Assembly (NCBI RefSeq): GCF_009914755.1 | Contig: NC_060936.1 | Source of the DNA: the human T2T-CHM13v2.0 reference genome, Homo sapiens | Length of the DNA stretch: 64,000 bases | Strand: one strand, 5' to 3' | Shown here: piece after piece, positions 1 to 14,014 of the stretch | How positions within the stretch are numbered: the first letter of the stretch is position 1 | How the letters are laid out: the number at the start of each line of letters is the position of its first letter | Translations under genes and position numbers: made by a program | The notes under the pieces: model-generated | Databases searched by the model: none | The model's input: only the letters and a program-made list of their open reading frames with translations | What the model was told of the DNA's origin: nothing

Positions 1-870
1 ACAGACAGATACACAGGCAGACAGACAGACAGACACACAGTCACACAGGCAGACAGACAGTCATATAGGCAGATACACAGAGAGAGACACACACACAGAT
101 ATATACACAGGCACACATACAGTCAGACAGATATACACAGGCACACATACATACAGGCACACACAAGATACACAGAGAGACACACACACACAGATATATG
201 CACAGGCACACATACATACAGTCAGACAGATATACACAGGCACACATACATACAGGCACACACAAGTCACACAGGCAGACACACAGATACACACACATAC
301 AGTCACAGACACACACAGTCACATACACACATGCAGTCACCCACACGGTACACACACAGTAGACACACAGTCACACAGTCACATGGCAGACACACAGACA
401 GATACACAGGCAGACAGACAGACAGACACAAAGTCACACAGGCAGACAGACAGTCATATAGGCAGATACACAGAGAGACACACACACACACATATATACA
501 CAGGCACATAAGTCACACAGCCAGCCAGCCAGACACACAGATGGTCACACAGGCAGACAGACACACAGTCAGTCACACAGGCAGGCAGACACACACACAT
601 GGTCATGCAGGCAGACATATGACAGACACACACACAGTCCATCACACAGGCAGGCAGGCAGACACACAGGCGGTCACACAGGCAGGCAGACACACACACA
701 CGGTCATCCAGGCAGACATATGACAGACACACACACAGTCGCAGGCAGACAAACAGATGCACACACAGGGTCTCGCAGGCAGACATGATGGACACACATA
801 CACAGAGTCACACATGTAGACACACAACAGACACACACACATCACACAGGCAGACGACAGAAAGACAGGC
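1..870. repeat. CA/CAGA-rich low-complexity tandem repeat (runs off the window start)
   Basis: Recurrent acacacagtc/ggcagacagac/gatatacacaggc units. Confidence 0.9.
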
Positions 871-2446
871 ACATAGTTGCATGGCTATCCAGCAGACGGG
901 GGCCCCTGAAGAAAACCCACAGACTTCCCCTGAGGACACGGTCACCTCCCTTCCTGGTGAACCGGCCACCCAGACCTGGCCTCCTCTGCAGAGGCCTGGT
1001 CCCAAATGGAAGCCACCCACCATGTGTGGCTCAACTGAAATCACAAATCCAGTAAAATTTAAGAGTCGGGCTCTAGTTCTCCCCAGCCATGCTTCCAGTG
1101 TCCAGCAGCCACATGCGGCTGGGGCTCCGGCCGCACCAGACAGCCCGGATGGAGCCCACTGCCACACCACAGGAAGCTGTGCTGTACAACATGCGGGCCC
1201 GTCAGCCCTGGGGAGGGGCAGCCGCCAGAGAAAACCACATTCCAAGCAGTTCCTCATTCCCCAGCCTCACCCCAAGGACCAGCTGTGAGGACCCCAGCAG
1301 CTCCCAGAGAGGGGGCTCTGCCTTCCCTCCAAGACAAGGAAGTCCCTCTCCACATCTAACCACAGTGCTGCCTGCTGCATGTCCTTTGAGAAGAGATCCC
1401 CAATCAGCCCAGAGCATAGCTGCCTGGCTTCCACATCTCCAAGGTGACTTGAGCAAGTGGCGGCGGGGGGCGGGGGGTGGGGGCGGGGAAGGGGACGCAG
1501 GGCGAGCCACCCACACAACCCCAGTTACTCCACCTCTAACAGCTGGGGGTGGACAGACGGTGTGATCTGGGAGCCTCCACAAACACCCACTTGGTGCTTC
1601 GGTACAGTCAGAAAGCCCCTCTCTGGTCCTGGAGCCCAGACACCTCAGCCCCACCCCACCCCATATTTCAGCTGCTGACCAAGGGCAAGCTGTGCCCTCC
1701 ATCCTCGACAGCCCCGTGACCATGACGGTCCCCACGAGGTGGCCAGGCTGGTGCTGGGTGGCCCAGAACCTAACCCCATGCATGCAGGCTGTGCCAGGAA
1801 CGCGCTGGAGATCAAGAGGCAGTTCTGGTGACAGACAACGGCCACACGTGCTCGGGGCAGTGGCTGCTGACAGCCCCAGTGAGGGATGGGGACTGCAGGG
1901 ACGGCAACAACCAGCCCATGCCACCTCGGCCCCTGTCCAAGAGGCCCCAGGCTCATGGGTGAGAAAAGCTCACCTCAAGCCAGCAGAGGAAAGTCACGTG
2001 GTGACTGGTGCAGACCAGCGGGCGGAAGCCAACAGGCCACTGGCCAGCGGGGCCTCAGCCTGTCCACATTGCCGGCAGGGCGCTGGCAAGACGGCCCGGC
2101 TCTAGCTGGGTCCCTCGTGGAGTGCACGGGTGGCAAAGGCCTCCAGCAGTAGTGTCCCTGAGGGGACATCCAGACACCTCCATGGCCCCAAGCACTGGGC
2201 TCTGCCTTCTGCCCAGAACAAGGAAGTCCCCCTCTGGGTCTAACCACAGTGCCACCTGCTGTAGCCTGTGCCTATGTCCACTGTGCTGGGTGTGCATTCG
2301 GTCTGCCTCGGACAGCGCAGGGCGGGCAGCTCCGGCCTGGCCTGGGTAGCAGGGAAGATGCTCACTGGCATTTTTCTACAAGGGCAGACCCACTGGCCAG
2401 GGGAGGAAACAGATCCCTTCCTCCCTTCCCTCCCTCCCTCTCTCTG

Positions 2447-2450
<4 letters not shown>

Positions 2451-2523
<73 letters not shown>

Positions 2524-2527
2524 CACA
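2451..2527. repeat. (CA)n microsatellite, about 38 units with 2 interruptions
   Basis: Direct reading. Confidence 0.95.
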
Positions 2528-4399
2528 GGGAAAGACTGGAGCCGTCCCCCTCCCGCCCCCCACCCCCGCCAGCTAGTCTGCGGGGTGCTAGGAGCGCAAA
2601 TCCACTAGGGAGAAGAAGCAGGCCAGCCATGCCTCTGGGACCACAGGCTGAGCCAGTCTCTCAGCCAACTGGGCCTCCAGAGGGTCCAGCTCAGCTTCCC
2701 AGGAGATGTGGCAGGCTTGGGGGGCTGTGCTGGTGCTGAGGATCCCATGACAGGGACGAGGCCCTGCTCTCTGGGAAGAGGTATGGGGGTCCCCAGGAAC
2801 CTGCTAAGGTGTGGGGGTCCCAGGGTCTGAGGGGGGTCTGACTCCCCAGTGGGGGTGAGGCAGGCACATCAGAGTTCTCGGCCAAGCCCCCCTCCCCAGG
2901 CCTTACTGAAATCAATGAAGTCAGGGACTTCGGCTTCTTATACCACAACAAAGAGACCATCCCAATCGCCACCGCAGCTTCAGGGGGTGTTGAATTTGTT
3001 TCCATCCCTCCTAAGATGGGCCACAAAGCCACACCGGACCCTTCTTGGAAGTCCTTGGTTTCTGCCTGCCTCTTCTCTAGCTTTAAATAAGCCAATTTCT
3101 CCCTCCACCCCCTCCACAGACCCCCCAAGGAGCCACTGGCGATCTTTAAAGAACTCAAGCCCACCCCAACTCCACCTCCAGCCTGAGCTCCTTCCAGCAG
3201 CTGCAGCGATCCTTTTAAATGGAAATCAGATCCTCTCCTGCCCTCCCGAGAGGAGCCTTCACCCCAAGGGGGGAACCATGGGGGGCTGTCAAGGAGGCGG
3301 CAAGATCGCGCTGAATTGGCAGTCATTTTAGGTGAAAATGAGAGGATTTCCTTCCTCGCAGGAGACAGAGGGGGAGTATTTATTAGGGGTGAAGGTCGGC
3401 ACCTCTGCACCTATTTTCCAATAGTGCAACAACAAACATGTTATACACACAGAGCAAATACAAGGCAATGGTAACCGTGGCTGATTCTAGGTGGTGGGTA
3501 TATAGATGTGCCTTGTACTCTTCTGTCAAATTTCTTAGAATAAGGACTTTGGATTCTTTACTACAAATACATGTATTAAGAATAAATTCGGTGTCCCACT
3601 GCATTCGGAATAAAACCTGAATGTTCCATCCTAGCCTGAGGGCAGATGTTTCCACGCGACCTGGCTCCTGCTGCTGGCCTGCCAGGTTCTGTCCCAAGCT
3701 GGTTCCTGCCTCAGGGCCTCTGCACTTGCTATGCCCTCTGCCTGACACCCTGACTCCCAGATCCGCACAAAGCCAGTCCTTTCTGGTCATTCCCACCTCA
3801 GCACTGAGGTCCCCAGCCCATCTCGAGAGTCTAGCCCTCTGTGCAGCTCTTCTCCCCGGATTACCGGTCTGTTTCCTGGCCTGTGACTCCTGGGCACCCA
3901 GCAGCCCTGTGTGGGTATCTCTTAACTTGATAAACAGATTGGACGCTCGTTTCAAGAGCCTCTCGCACCAGCCCAAGTGCCTGTGGGCACCATCCAGTCA
4001 AGGTGGGGGATCTGAGGAAGCTGGGCAAGGCACTGCTGGGCAGCCCACCTCTCCTCACCTATGAGCAGGGCTTGGGTCCCGAGGGCTGCCCGCAGCTTCC
4101 CAGGCACCAGCATCTGGCTGGAAGTGTCTCCTCCCTCTAGTACCCAACCAAGTTCGGGGCCAGAGCAGGCAGGCAGGGCCAAGGGAAGACCCTCCTCCCA
4201 TATAGCACAGCCCCTCCTTCCAAAGCCAGGACCTCCTGCCCCAGCTAAGCCCCTCACCTGGCCCCACGTGCCCACACACCTGCCCAGGACCCCATGCCTG
4301 CCCAGGGTCCCCCTCCCCAGGCACTGCTCAGCCCCACCATGTGGCCGCTCACCACACCACCATACCCCACACACCCTCCTGGACTCTCTCGGAACTGCC

Positions 4400-4610
4400 C
4401 CTTGGGGGTTCAGAGCATGGGCTCAGGAACCAGGTGGTCTGGGTTCAAATCTCAGCTCCACCACTTCCCAGCTGTGTGACCTAGGGCAAGTTACTTAACC
4501 TCTCTGTGCCTCGATTTCCTCCTCTGAAACATGTGGCTGACCAAGCGCCCACCTCGCAGGACTAAATGCCCTAATGTATGGAGAGCACTCAGAAGAGCGC
4601 CTGCAACACA
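4400..4610 (+). mobile_element. MIR SINE fragment
   Basis: ctgggttcaaatctcagctccaccactt...tgtgtgacctagggcaagttacttaacctctctgtgcctc MIR core. Confidence 0.8.
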
Positions 4611-5419
4611 ACAGGCACCGGAAGGGCAGGGTGTGCGGGCATCCTCCTCGTCCTTACGCACGACCTGTCCCTGCAGCCTGCAGGTCTGAGGACAGGGCCC
4701 GTGTCACAGCAACTGCGAGCCTCACACACAGTAGGTGCTCCGTGACTACTGGCATCCAGGCCCCAAAGGCACTGGATCAGCTAACACCCTGTCCCGGCCC
4801 ATTTCAGTTCAAGCAGGACTTGGTCATCACCTACTGTGTACCACAGACCTACAGGCGCTGGGCATGACTGAGCCAGGCCCGCGCCTGGGAGGGCCTCTCT
4901 GGAGGCCCAGAAAGGATACAGGGAGCTGCCTCGCAGGCCCTGCCTCAACACAGCTGAGGGAGAGAGGAGGTGGGGCAGGGGGCTGCAGGTATGAGGGGAG
5001 CCCCTCCAGCCTCCAGCAAACCTAGTTCCCAGCCCTTGCCGCGTCTCTTATCCAAGAATCCCAAGGCAGCAGTCCCCATCCAGCCCGCCTCTTCCCCAGG
5101 TGGGGACCTTTTCAGGGCCTCCCCAGCCTTATCCCATTCCCTACCATGTCCCAGCAGCCCCGTGGCTTGGGTGGAGTCAATGACATCATCCCCAACTGTA
5201 GAGAAAGTCCCATGAGCCAAAACCAGGCAGCCTCACTCCATCTCCCCGGCATCAGCCACTGGTTCACAGGACGCAGGCCCTCTCCTGGCCTAATCAGAGC
5301 ATCTGTGATACCATCCGAGAAAGCACAGCTCTCTCCGGCTCCCACCTGCTATGGGAATTCAGGTTCAGTTTGTCAATGTTCTAACATAAGGAGTTGAAAA
5401 AACTGCACAGGAATGAAGG

Positions 5420-5794
<375 letters not shown>

Positions 5795-6542
5795 CTACAC
5801 CCAACAGACATTTCCAGCTACAGCCATTCCTTTCCTGTTGAAGCCCATCTGAGTCCGCGCTTCTTCCCCTGACAGCTGGGAGAATACTCAACCCTGATCT
5901 CCTCCGGGGAATGGGTGATGGCCACGGCCGCCTGAAACCACCACCACATGCCTCTGGCAGACCCAGCCTCCCCGCCGTGGGCTGAGATCCACAGCCTACA
6001 GTGAGAAGCAGGAATCAGCATCCTTTTCTGTTTGGATGAGGCCACTGGCCACAAATGCAGGCTCAGGGAAAGGGGGCTCAATGCTTGTCCACTGTCTCAG
6101 TTTCCCTGAGCCTGGACCTGGGCCCAGTGCACCAGGAAAGGCTCATTTGTAAGGGTGCGCCTGCGGCCCCTGCTGCCCGGCACACAGCCCACCCTGATCC
6201 TCCACCTCTCTCCAAAACCTCTCTTTCTGCCTGAAAAGCCCAGGACAGGTCCCGTGACCAGGGCTTAGCAACTAATTTTCCAGGCCAACATTTTGCTTTC
6301 TTCCCTTCCAGGCTGGAAGAGGGGCCATAGAGCCCCCCCACCCCCACCCACCCTGGGGCCTTCTGGAAGCAGCTGTTGTCTTTCCTCCTTTTCTGGCCGG
6401 CCTTGGCTTTTCCTCCGCAGCCTGGACACTCAGGGAGGACACAGCTGCGGAACTGACAGGGCCCCGGCAGGTGTGGCCCCCTGTGCGCTCGATTCTCCCC
6501 AGATCTCAAGGAAAGCTGATGGGGGCCACGGTGTGGACTTAC

Positions 6543-6609
6543 CCATTGTTTCCGAGCGTGATTCCTCCTCTTGAAGTACAAGATTAGCTTCTTCCGCATC
6601 GCCTGGTTT
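6543..6609 (-). CDS. NCOR2: NCOR2 coding exon (67 nt): (I)NQAMRKKLILYFKRRNHARKQW
   Basis: Acceptor ctcctgcacag|A, donor TGG|gtaagt; phase 2 to 0. Confidence 0.95.
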
Positions 6610-7282
6610 CTGTGCAGGAGGGAAGCGGCAGACAGGTCAGCCCGGCCGGGCTCAGGCGCTGCACCCCGTGCCATCCTGTTTGCTGAGAGTGAGCCCCAAA
6701 TTTGCCCCGTTATTGGTTCTCAGGGAGATGAGACCCACCCGTGCTGTATCCCCAGAGAGACCTGTGAGCTGCCAACGTGCATCCTTACTCCCCCGCGCGC
6801 GAGGCAGCCCCCGCCAACGTTTAGGTTGAGCCCAGTGTGCAGGCAAGAGGGTTCCCAGAGCCGAGGGGCCTGTGGCTTCCCGCCCCCGCCCACATGCACC
6901 CCGGCAGCCACATCTGCCCACGGAAAGATGGCCACGGAGAAACAGCCACAGCCTCCAACTAGGAATACAGGCCACAGAGCCCGAGACCCCGAGACCTGCT
7001 GCCGCCCACAGGCCGGGTGTCAGAGTGTGGCCTGTGTGGCCCCAGGGTTGGCTCCAACCAGGTGCTGTGCATGGACCTCCAGCACACCCAGTCCTGCTGC
7101 GGGGGGAGGGACACAAGCAGTGTGGGGCAGCTGGTGGGGCCACCAGGCATGGACTTCAGGAAACCCCCGGGGGGGGGCGGTCTCAGACTTCAGGGCAGGG
7201 CCCATGGGGTCTCAACCAAGCAGGTTACACACACCACTGCAGGTTCCAAGAGAAGGAGGCACGTCCTGGGAGACGGGAGTTT

Positions 7283-7383
7283 CAGAGAGAGAGAGGGAGA
7301 CAGAGACCCAGAAAGAGAGGGAGACAGAGACCCAGAGAGACAGGGAAACAGAGAACCAGAGAGAGAGAGAGAGACAGAGACCC

Positions 7384-7416
<33 letters not shown>

Positions 7417-7425
7417 CGGAGACCC

Positions 7426-7487
<62 letters not shown>

Positions 7488-7813
7488 GGAGACCCAGAGA
7501 GAGGGAGACAGAGACCCAGAGACAGAGGGAGACAGAGACCCAGAGACAGAGGAAGACAGAGACCCAGAGAGAGGGAGACAGAGACCCAGAGAGAGAGAGA
7601 CGGAGACCCAGAGACAGAGGGAGAGAGAGACCCAGAGACAGAGGGAGACAGAGACCCAGAGAGAGAGAGATGGAGACCCTGAGACAGAGGGAGACAGAGA
7701 CCCAGAGAGAGAAACAGAGACCCAGAGACAGAGGGAGAGACAGAGACCCAGAGACAGAGACCCAGAGAGACAGGGAAACAGAGAACCAGAGAGAGAGAGA
7801 GAGACAGAGACCC

Positions 7814-7858
<45 letters not shown>

Positions 7859-7861
7859 CCC

Positions 7862-7903
<42 letters not shown>

Positions 7904-10900
7904 GGAGACCCAGAGAGAGGGAGACAGAGACCCAGAGACAGAGGGAGACAGAGACCCAGAGACAGAGGAAGACAGAGACCCAGAGAGAGGGAGACAGAGA
8001 CCCAGAGAGAGAGAGACGGAGACCCAGAGACAGAGGGAGAGAGAGACCCAGAGACAGAGGGAGACAGAGACCCAGAGAGAGAGAGATGGAGACCCTGAGA
8101 CAGAGGGAGACAGAGACCCAGAGAGAGAGAGATGGAGACCCTGAGACAGAGGGAGACAGAGACCCAGAGAGAGAAACAGAGACCCAGAGACAGAGGGAGA
8201 GACAGAGACCCAGAGACAGAGACCCAGAGACAGAGGGAGACAGAAACCCAGAGAGAGGGAAACAGAGACCCAGAGAGAGAGAGATGGAGACCCAGAGACA
8301 GAGGGAGACAAGAGACCCAGAGACAGAGGGAGACAGAGACCCAGAGAGAGAGAGATGGAGACCCTGAGACAGAGGGAGAGAGAGACCCAGAGAGAGAGAG
8401 ACAGAGACCCAGAGACAGAGGGAGAGACAGAGACCCAGAGAGAGAGGGAGACAGAGACCCGGAGACAGAGGGAGACAGAGACCCAGAGACAGAGGGAGAC
8501 AGAGACCCAGAGAGAAGGAGACAGAGACCCAGAGAGAGAGAGAGAGAGATCCAGAGAGAGGGAGATGGAGACCCAGAGAGAGGGAGAAAGAAACCCAGAG
8601 ACAGAGAGAGACAGAGACCCAGAGACAGAGGGAGACAGAGACCCAGAGACAGAGGGAGACACAGAGACCCAGAGAGAGGGAGACAGAGACCCAGAGACAG
8701 GAGAGACAGAGACCCAGAGACAGAGGGAGACAGAGACCCGGAGACAGAGACCCAGAGGCAGAGGGAGACAGAGACCCTGAGACAGAGGGAGACAGAGACC
8801 CAGAGACAGAGGGAGACAGAGACCCAGAGACAGAGGGAGACACAGAGACCCAGAGAGAGGGAGACAGAGACCCAGAGACAGGAGAGACAGAGACCCAGAG
8901 ACAGAGGGAGACAGAGACCCAGGGACAGAGGGAGACAGAGACCCTGAGACAGAGGGAGACAGAGACCCAGAGACAGAGGGAGACAGAGACCCAGAGACAG
9001 AGGGAGACAGAGACCCAGAGACAGAGGGAGACACAGAGACCCAGAGACAGAGGGAGACAGAGACCCAGAGACAGAGAGAGACAGAGACCCAGAGACAGAG
9101 GGAGACAGAGACCCAGAGACAGAGGGAGACACAGAGACCCAGAGACAGAGGGAGACAGAGACCCAGAGACAGAGAGAGACAGAGACCCAGAGACAGAGGG
9201 AGACAGAGACCCAGAGACAGAGGGAGACACAGAGACCCAGAGAGAGGGAGATGGAGACCCAGAGACAGAGGGAGACACAGACCCGGAGACAGAGGGAGAC
9301 AGAGACCCAGAGAGAGAGGGAGACAGAGACCCGGAGACAGAGGGAGACAGAGACCCAGAGACAGAGGGAGACAGAGACCCAGAGAGAAGGAGACAGAGAC
9401 CCAGAGAGAGAGAGAGAGAGATCCAGAGAGAGGGAGAAAGAAACCCAGAGACAGAGAGAGACAGAGACCCAGAGACAGAGGGAGACAGAGACCCAGAGAC
9501 AGAGGGAGACACAGAGACCCAGAGAGAGGGAGACAGAGACCCAGAGACAGGAGAGACAGAGACCCAGAGACAGAGGGAGACAGAGACCCGGAGACAGAGA
9601 CCCAGAGGCAGAGGGAGAGAGAGACCCTGAGACAGAGGGAGACAGAGACCCAGAGACAGAGGGAGACAGAGACCCAGAGACAGAGGGAGACACAGAGACC
9701 CAGAGAGAGGGAGACAGAGACCCAGAGACAGGAGAGACAGAGACCCAGAGACAGAGGGAGACAGAGACCCAGAGACAGAGGGAGACAGAGACCCTGAGAC
9801 AGAGGGAGACAGAGACCCAGAGACAGAGGGAGACAGAGACCCAGAGACAGAGGGAGACAGAGACCCAGAGACAGAGGGAGACACAGAGACCCAGAGACAG
9901 AGGGAGACAGAGACCCAGAGACAGAGAGAGACAGAGACCCAGAGACAGAGGGAGACAGAGACCCAGAGACAGAGGGAGACACAGAGACCCAGAGAGAGGG
10001 AGATGGAGACCCAGAGACAGAGGGAGACACAGACCCGGAGACAGAGGGAGACAGAGACCCAGAGAGAGAGGGAGACAGAAACCCAGAGAGAGGGAGACAG
10101 AGACCCAGAGAGAGAGAGATGGAGACCCTGAGACAGAGGGAGAGAGAGACCCAGAGAGAGAGAGAGACAGAGACCCAGAGACAGAGGGAGAGACAGAGAC
10201 CCAGAGACAGAGACCCAGAGACAGAGGGAGACAGAAACCCAGAGAGAGGGAAACAGAGACCCAGAGAGAGAGAGACGGAAACCCAGAGACAGAGGGAGAC
10301 AGAGACCCAGAGACAGAGGGAGACAGAGACCCAGAGAGAGAGGGAGACAGAAACCCAGAGAGAGGGAGACAGAGACCCAGAGAGAGAGAGATGGAGACCC
10401 TGAGACAGAGGGAGAGAGAGACCCAGAGAGAGAGAGAGACAGAGACCCAGAGACAGAGGGAGAGACAGAGACCCAGAGACAGAGACCCAGAGACAGAGGG
10501 AGACAGAAACCCAGAGAGAGGGAAACAGAGACCCAGAGAGAGAGAGACGGAAACCCAGAGACAGAGGGAGACAGAGACCCAGAGACAGAGGGAGACAGAG
10601 ACCCAGAGAGAGAAAGAGACAGAGACCCAGAGAGAGGGAGACAGAGACCCAGAGAGACAGAGACCCAGAGACAGAGGGAGACAGAGACCCAGAGAGAGAG
10701 AGAGAGAGAGACAGAGACCCAGAGACAGAGGGAGACAGAGACCCAGAGAGAGAGAGAGAGAGAGAGACAGAGACCCAGAGAGGGAAACAGGGACCCAGAG
10801 AGAGGGAGACAGAGACCCAGAGAAAGAGGGAAACAGAGACCCAGAGAGAGAGAGACGGAGACAGAGACCCAGAGAGGGAAACAGGGACCCAGAGAGAGGG

Positions 10901-10920
10901 AGACAGACAGGGAGACAGAG
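7283..10920. repeat. About 3.6 kb GA-rich VNTR, core unit about 24 bp gagacagagacccagagacagagg, with (GA)n expansions; degenerate GA-rich flank to about 11240
   Basis: Direct reading; almost no T on the + strand. Confidence 0.95.
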
Positions 10921-12689
10921 GTGAGAAAGAGACAGAGACTGGGAGAAGGGGAGACACAGAGACGGAGATAGATAGACAGATGAGATCCAAGAAAGGACAG
11001 AGACCTGGAGATGGACAGGAGATGAGACTGAGAGGTGAGACTGGAGTGAGAGAGATGAGAAAGAGAGGATCAGAGAGAGAGAGAGAGGCAGTCACAGAGA
11101 GACAAGATCCAAAGGAAGGGGACAGAGACTCAGAGGAAGATGAAACTAGGAGAGGGAAAGAGAGAGAAGTGGGGAGAGGGAAAGAGACAAGACCCGAAGA
11201 AAGGGGACAGGGACCCTGAGACAGGCAAAGGGAGGGAGCCCTGGAGAGTAGAGGCGGGAGGTTCTGGAGCCCACGCCATGAGGGCTGGAAGACACCCCCA
11301 CCCACTGCTGCACCGAGACCCCAGGACCGTCCTCTTCTCTTCCCAGGCCCCTCCCCACGGTCTCCAACACACAAAGCAGGGTGCTGCAGCTGGCGTCCCA
11401 GGGCCTGGGGGGCCACAGCGACCTCAGGAGCCTGCTGTGCACCTTAACTTGCTGTCTGTCCCCAATCCGCGGCATTCAGTGGCACCCGCTTTTCTGGGGA
11501 GGGGATCCCCAACTTTTTCATATTCTCAGCAGTGTCCAAACCCCCTCAAAAGTTCCAAAGCTGCTGACTGGGAGCCACGCTATGTCCAGCCCCCGGGACC
11601 CCAGCCCCATTGGAAACAGGAAAAGGAGGGAACCCCAGGCTCTGACGGACGAGTGAAGCCTCATGGGGCTCAAGGGCCTGGAATCCACCTCAGTCCCCGG
11701 GTCATTCTGGTGGTGACTTGGCCAGGGCCTCCCCACCTTCCATCAGTCTGGCCGCCGCCCCCTGGCCAGGGTGGGCCATGGGGGTCCTCAGTCCCACAGG
11801 CTAGGACCAGCACCCTTCATCTCATAACAGGGTGTCTCTGAGCACACCTCAGAAGCCCTCAGTTTCCTCATCTGAAATCTATGGCATCGCAGCCTCATCT
11901 TCTGTTATTCAATAACTGTTTACTGAGCATCTACTATGTGCCAGGCACTGTTCCAGGTGCTGGGGACACAGCAGGGAGCAAGACACAGTTGAGGGCTCTC
12001 ACAGAGGTGACACTGACAATAAGCAAGATGACCAAGATAATCCTGGATTTGGGAACTTAAATGGAATGGTGGGCTAGTGGGTGCTGGGGGACGGGGTGTG
12101 AGGGGCTATTTTAGATTCCGTGGTGCAGAAAGATCTCCCAGAGAGGATGGCCTTGAGCTGGGATCTACGTCATCAGAAGGACCCGGCTCTGGGAAGATCC
12201 AGAAGGAAGGGAACTCCAGCTGGAGGGCACCGCAGGAGACAGGAACAAACTCTGTGTATCGGAAGCACAGACAGAGGAAGGCCCTGTGGCTGGACAGTGC
12301 TGGGGAGGGGCAGAGAGGACGGAGGAGGGGCTGTGAGCAAGACTGGCAGGGCCAGTCCTGCAGGGTCCTGTGAGTTTCGACATGGCAAAGGGTTTGGTCT
12401 TTTATGCAAAAGACAGCTGTGAAGGCCTAGAAGCAGTGAAGGCCCAGGCGCCATGAGCACAGCAGCACCCATATCTCAGCAAAGACCATCCTCCAATCCC
12501 AGAAACCGCGCTGCCCGGGCCATGGCTGATTCCAGCGCTCGGCCAGGAAGTATGCAAGAAGAGCCCAGAGTGACTTTAAGTCAAGAATTGCCAAAAACAA
12601 AAGAAAACAAAAGTCAAAAGGACACAGAACCCAGCCTGAAGGTTTCCGGCTGCCAGAGCTGGAACAATGTGAGTGACAACAGAAATAAC

Positions 12690-13920
12690 CCTGGGACTAG
12701 ATTAGCGTCCCAGGAATAAAACAAATCCCCACGAGTCCATGTGATTACAAACAAATGATTCAATACATCAATACATGGAGGAGAAGGGACAGATCTTTCT
12801 TCTAGAGTTCCAATGAATAAATGTCCAAGAGAGGAGGGAAACAGAAAATCGTCATTAGAACGCAGTAATAACCCAACCGCCGCTGGCAAGATCCGGGGAT
12901 GAATGCTAAATTGGTTGGCAAAATTTTAAGAAGCAACAGGAAATTTGCACAGTCTCAAAGAATCTCCCCGCAAGTATGTATGAATCATGGCGGTGGCTCC
13001 ACAAATCTATATTCCTCCCTCCAGGAGGCGGAGCTTAACTCCCCTGCCCTGGAAGATGGGTGGGACTTGGTGACTCCCTAGTAAAGAACAGAGCAAAGGA
13101 GGGATAACTCTAAGGCGACAGCGGAGACCTAGGGCAGAGCCCCCTATCATGTGGGCATCACGCAGCCCCCTTACCTCTCTCTGGTCTTCCCCAAAACCCA
13201 CCATCCCAGTCTTACCAGGAGGAAACACCTGTCAAAGAAAGCCATGACCAGTGATCTTCAAAAGTGCTGGGGTGGTGAAAAACAAGGCAAGGCTGAGAAG
13301 CCGTCACGGGCTGGAGACTAAAGAGACACGAGCACAAATGTCACGTGAGAACCTGAATCAGATCCTGGACCAGAAAACAGACGTTGGCGGAGAGACGGGT
13401 GAAAATGCAAAGACAGCTGGTAGTTTAGCAGAGGGTCATGTGCCACTATTTCTTTCTTAGTATTTTGTTTTGTTTTGTTTTGATTTTTGTTTTTAGAGAC
13501 AGGGTCTTACTCTGTCTCCCAGGCGGGAGTGCAGTGGCTCGATCATGGCTCACTGCATCCTTGAACTCCTGGGCTCAAGCAATCCTCCTGCCTCAGCCTC
13601 CTGAGTAGCTGGAACTACAGGTACATGCCACCATACTTGGCTAATTTATTTTTTGGTAGAGATGAGGTCTTGCTTTGTTGCCCAGCTCGTCTCCAACTCC
13701 TAGCCTCAAGTGATCCTCCCACCTTGGCCTCCCAAAGTGCTGGGATGACAGGCGTGGGCCACCATGGCAGGCCCTAGTTGTGGTAAGTGTTTCTCTGCTG
13801 TTATATAAGCTGTCCACATGAGGGGTGCCAGGTGACGTGTGTGGGGGAACTCTGTGGAGCGTATTTGCAACTCTTCTGTTGCACAACGTACAATCTAGTT
13901 ACTTCAAAATAAATAGTTCC
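12690..13920 (+). mobile_element. Old L1 (L1MC/MD-like) 3' fragments interrupted by an Alu
   Basis: gatcctggaccagaaa...; ggaactctgt...tttgcaactcttctgt...ttcaaaataaa L1 3'UTR motifs. Confidence 0.6.
13462..13773 (-). mobile_element. AluJ-like element
   Basis: Reverse Alu with T-rich head, gagacagggtct...ctcccaaagtgctgggat. Confidence 0.88.
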
Positions 13921-14014
13921 ACCTTCTCACAAAAGAAGAGAGATAGAATCCACTTTGAAACACCGTGGTGAAGACCATACAAAATTGACTTTGGGGTTTG
14001 CAGGTGGTACACTG

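Noticed and set aside
6571-11416. Very long ORFs (up to 1408 aa; RE/TQ- or SL/VS-rich)
   Set aside because: They arise from a VNTR lacking T on one strand, so stop codons are rare; they are open in several frames and have no gene structure
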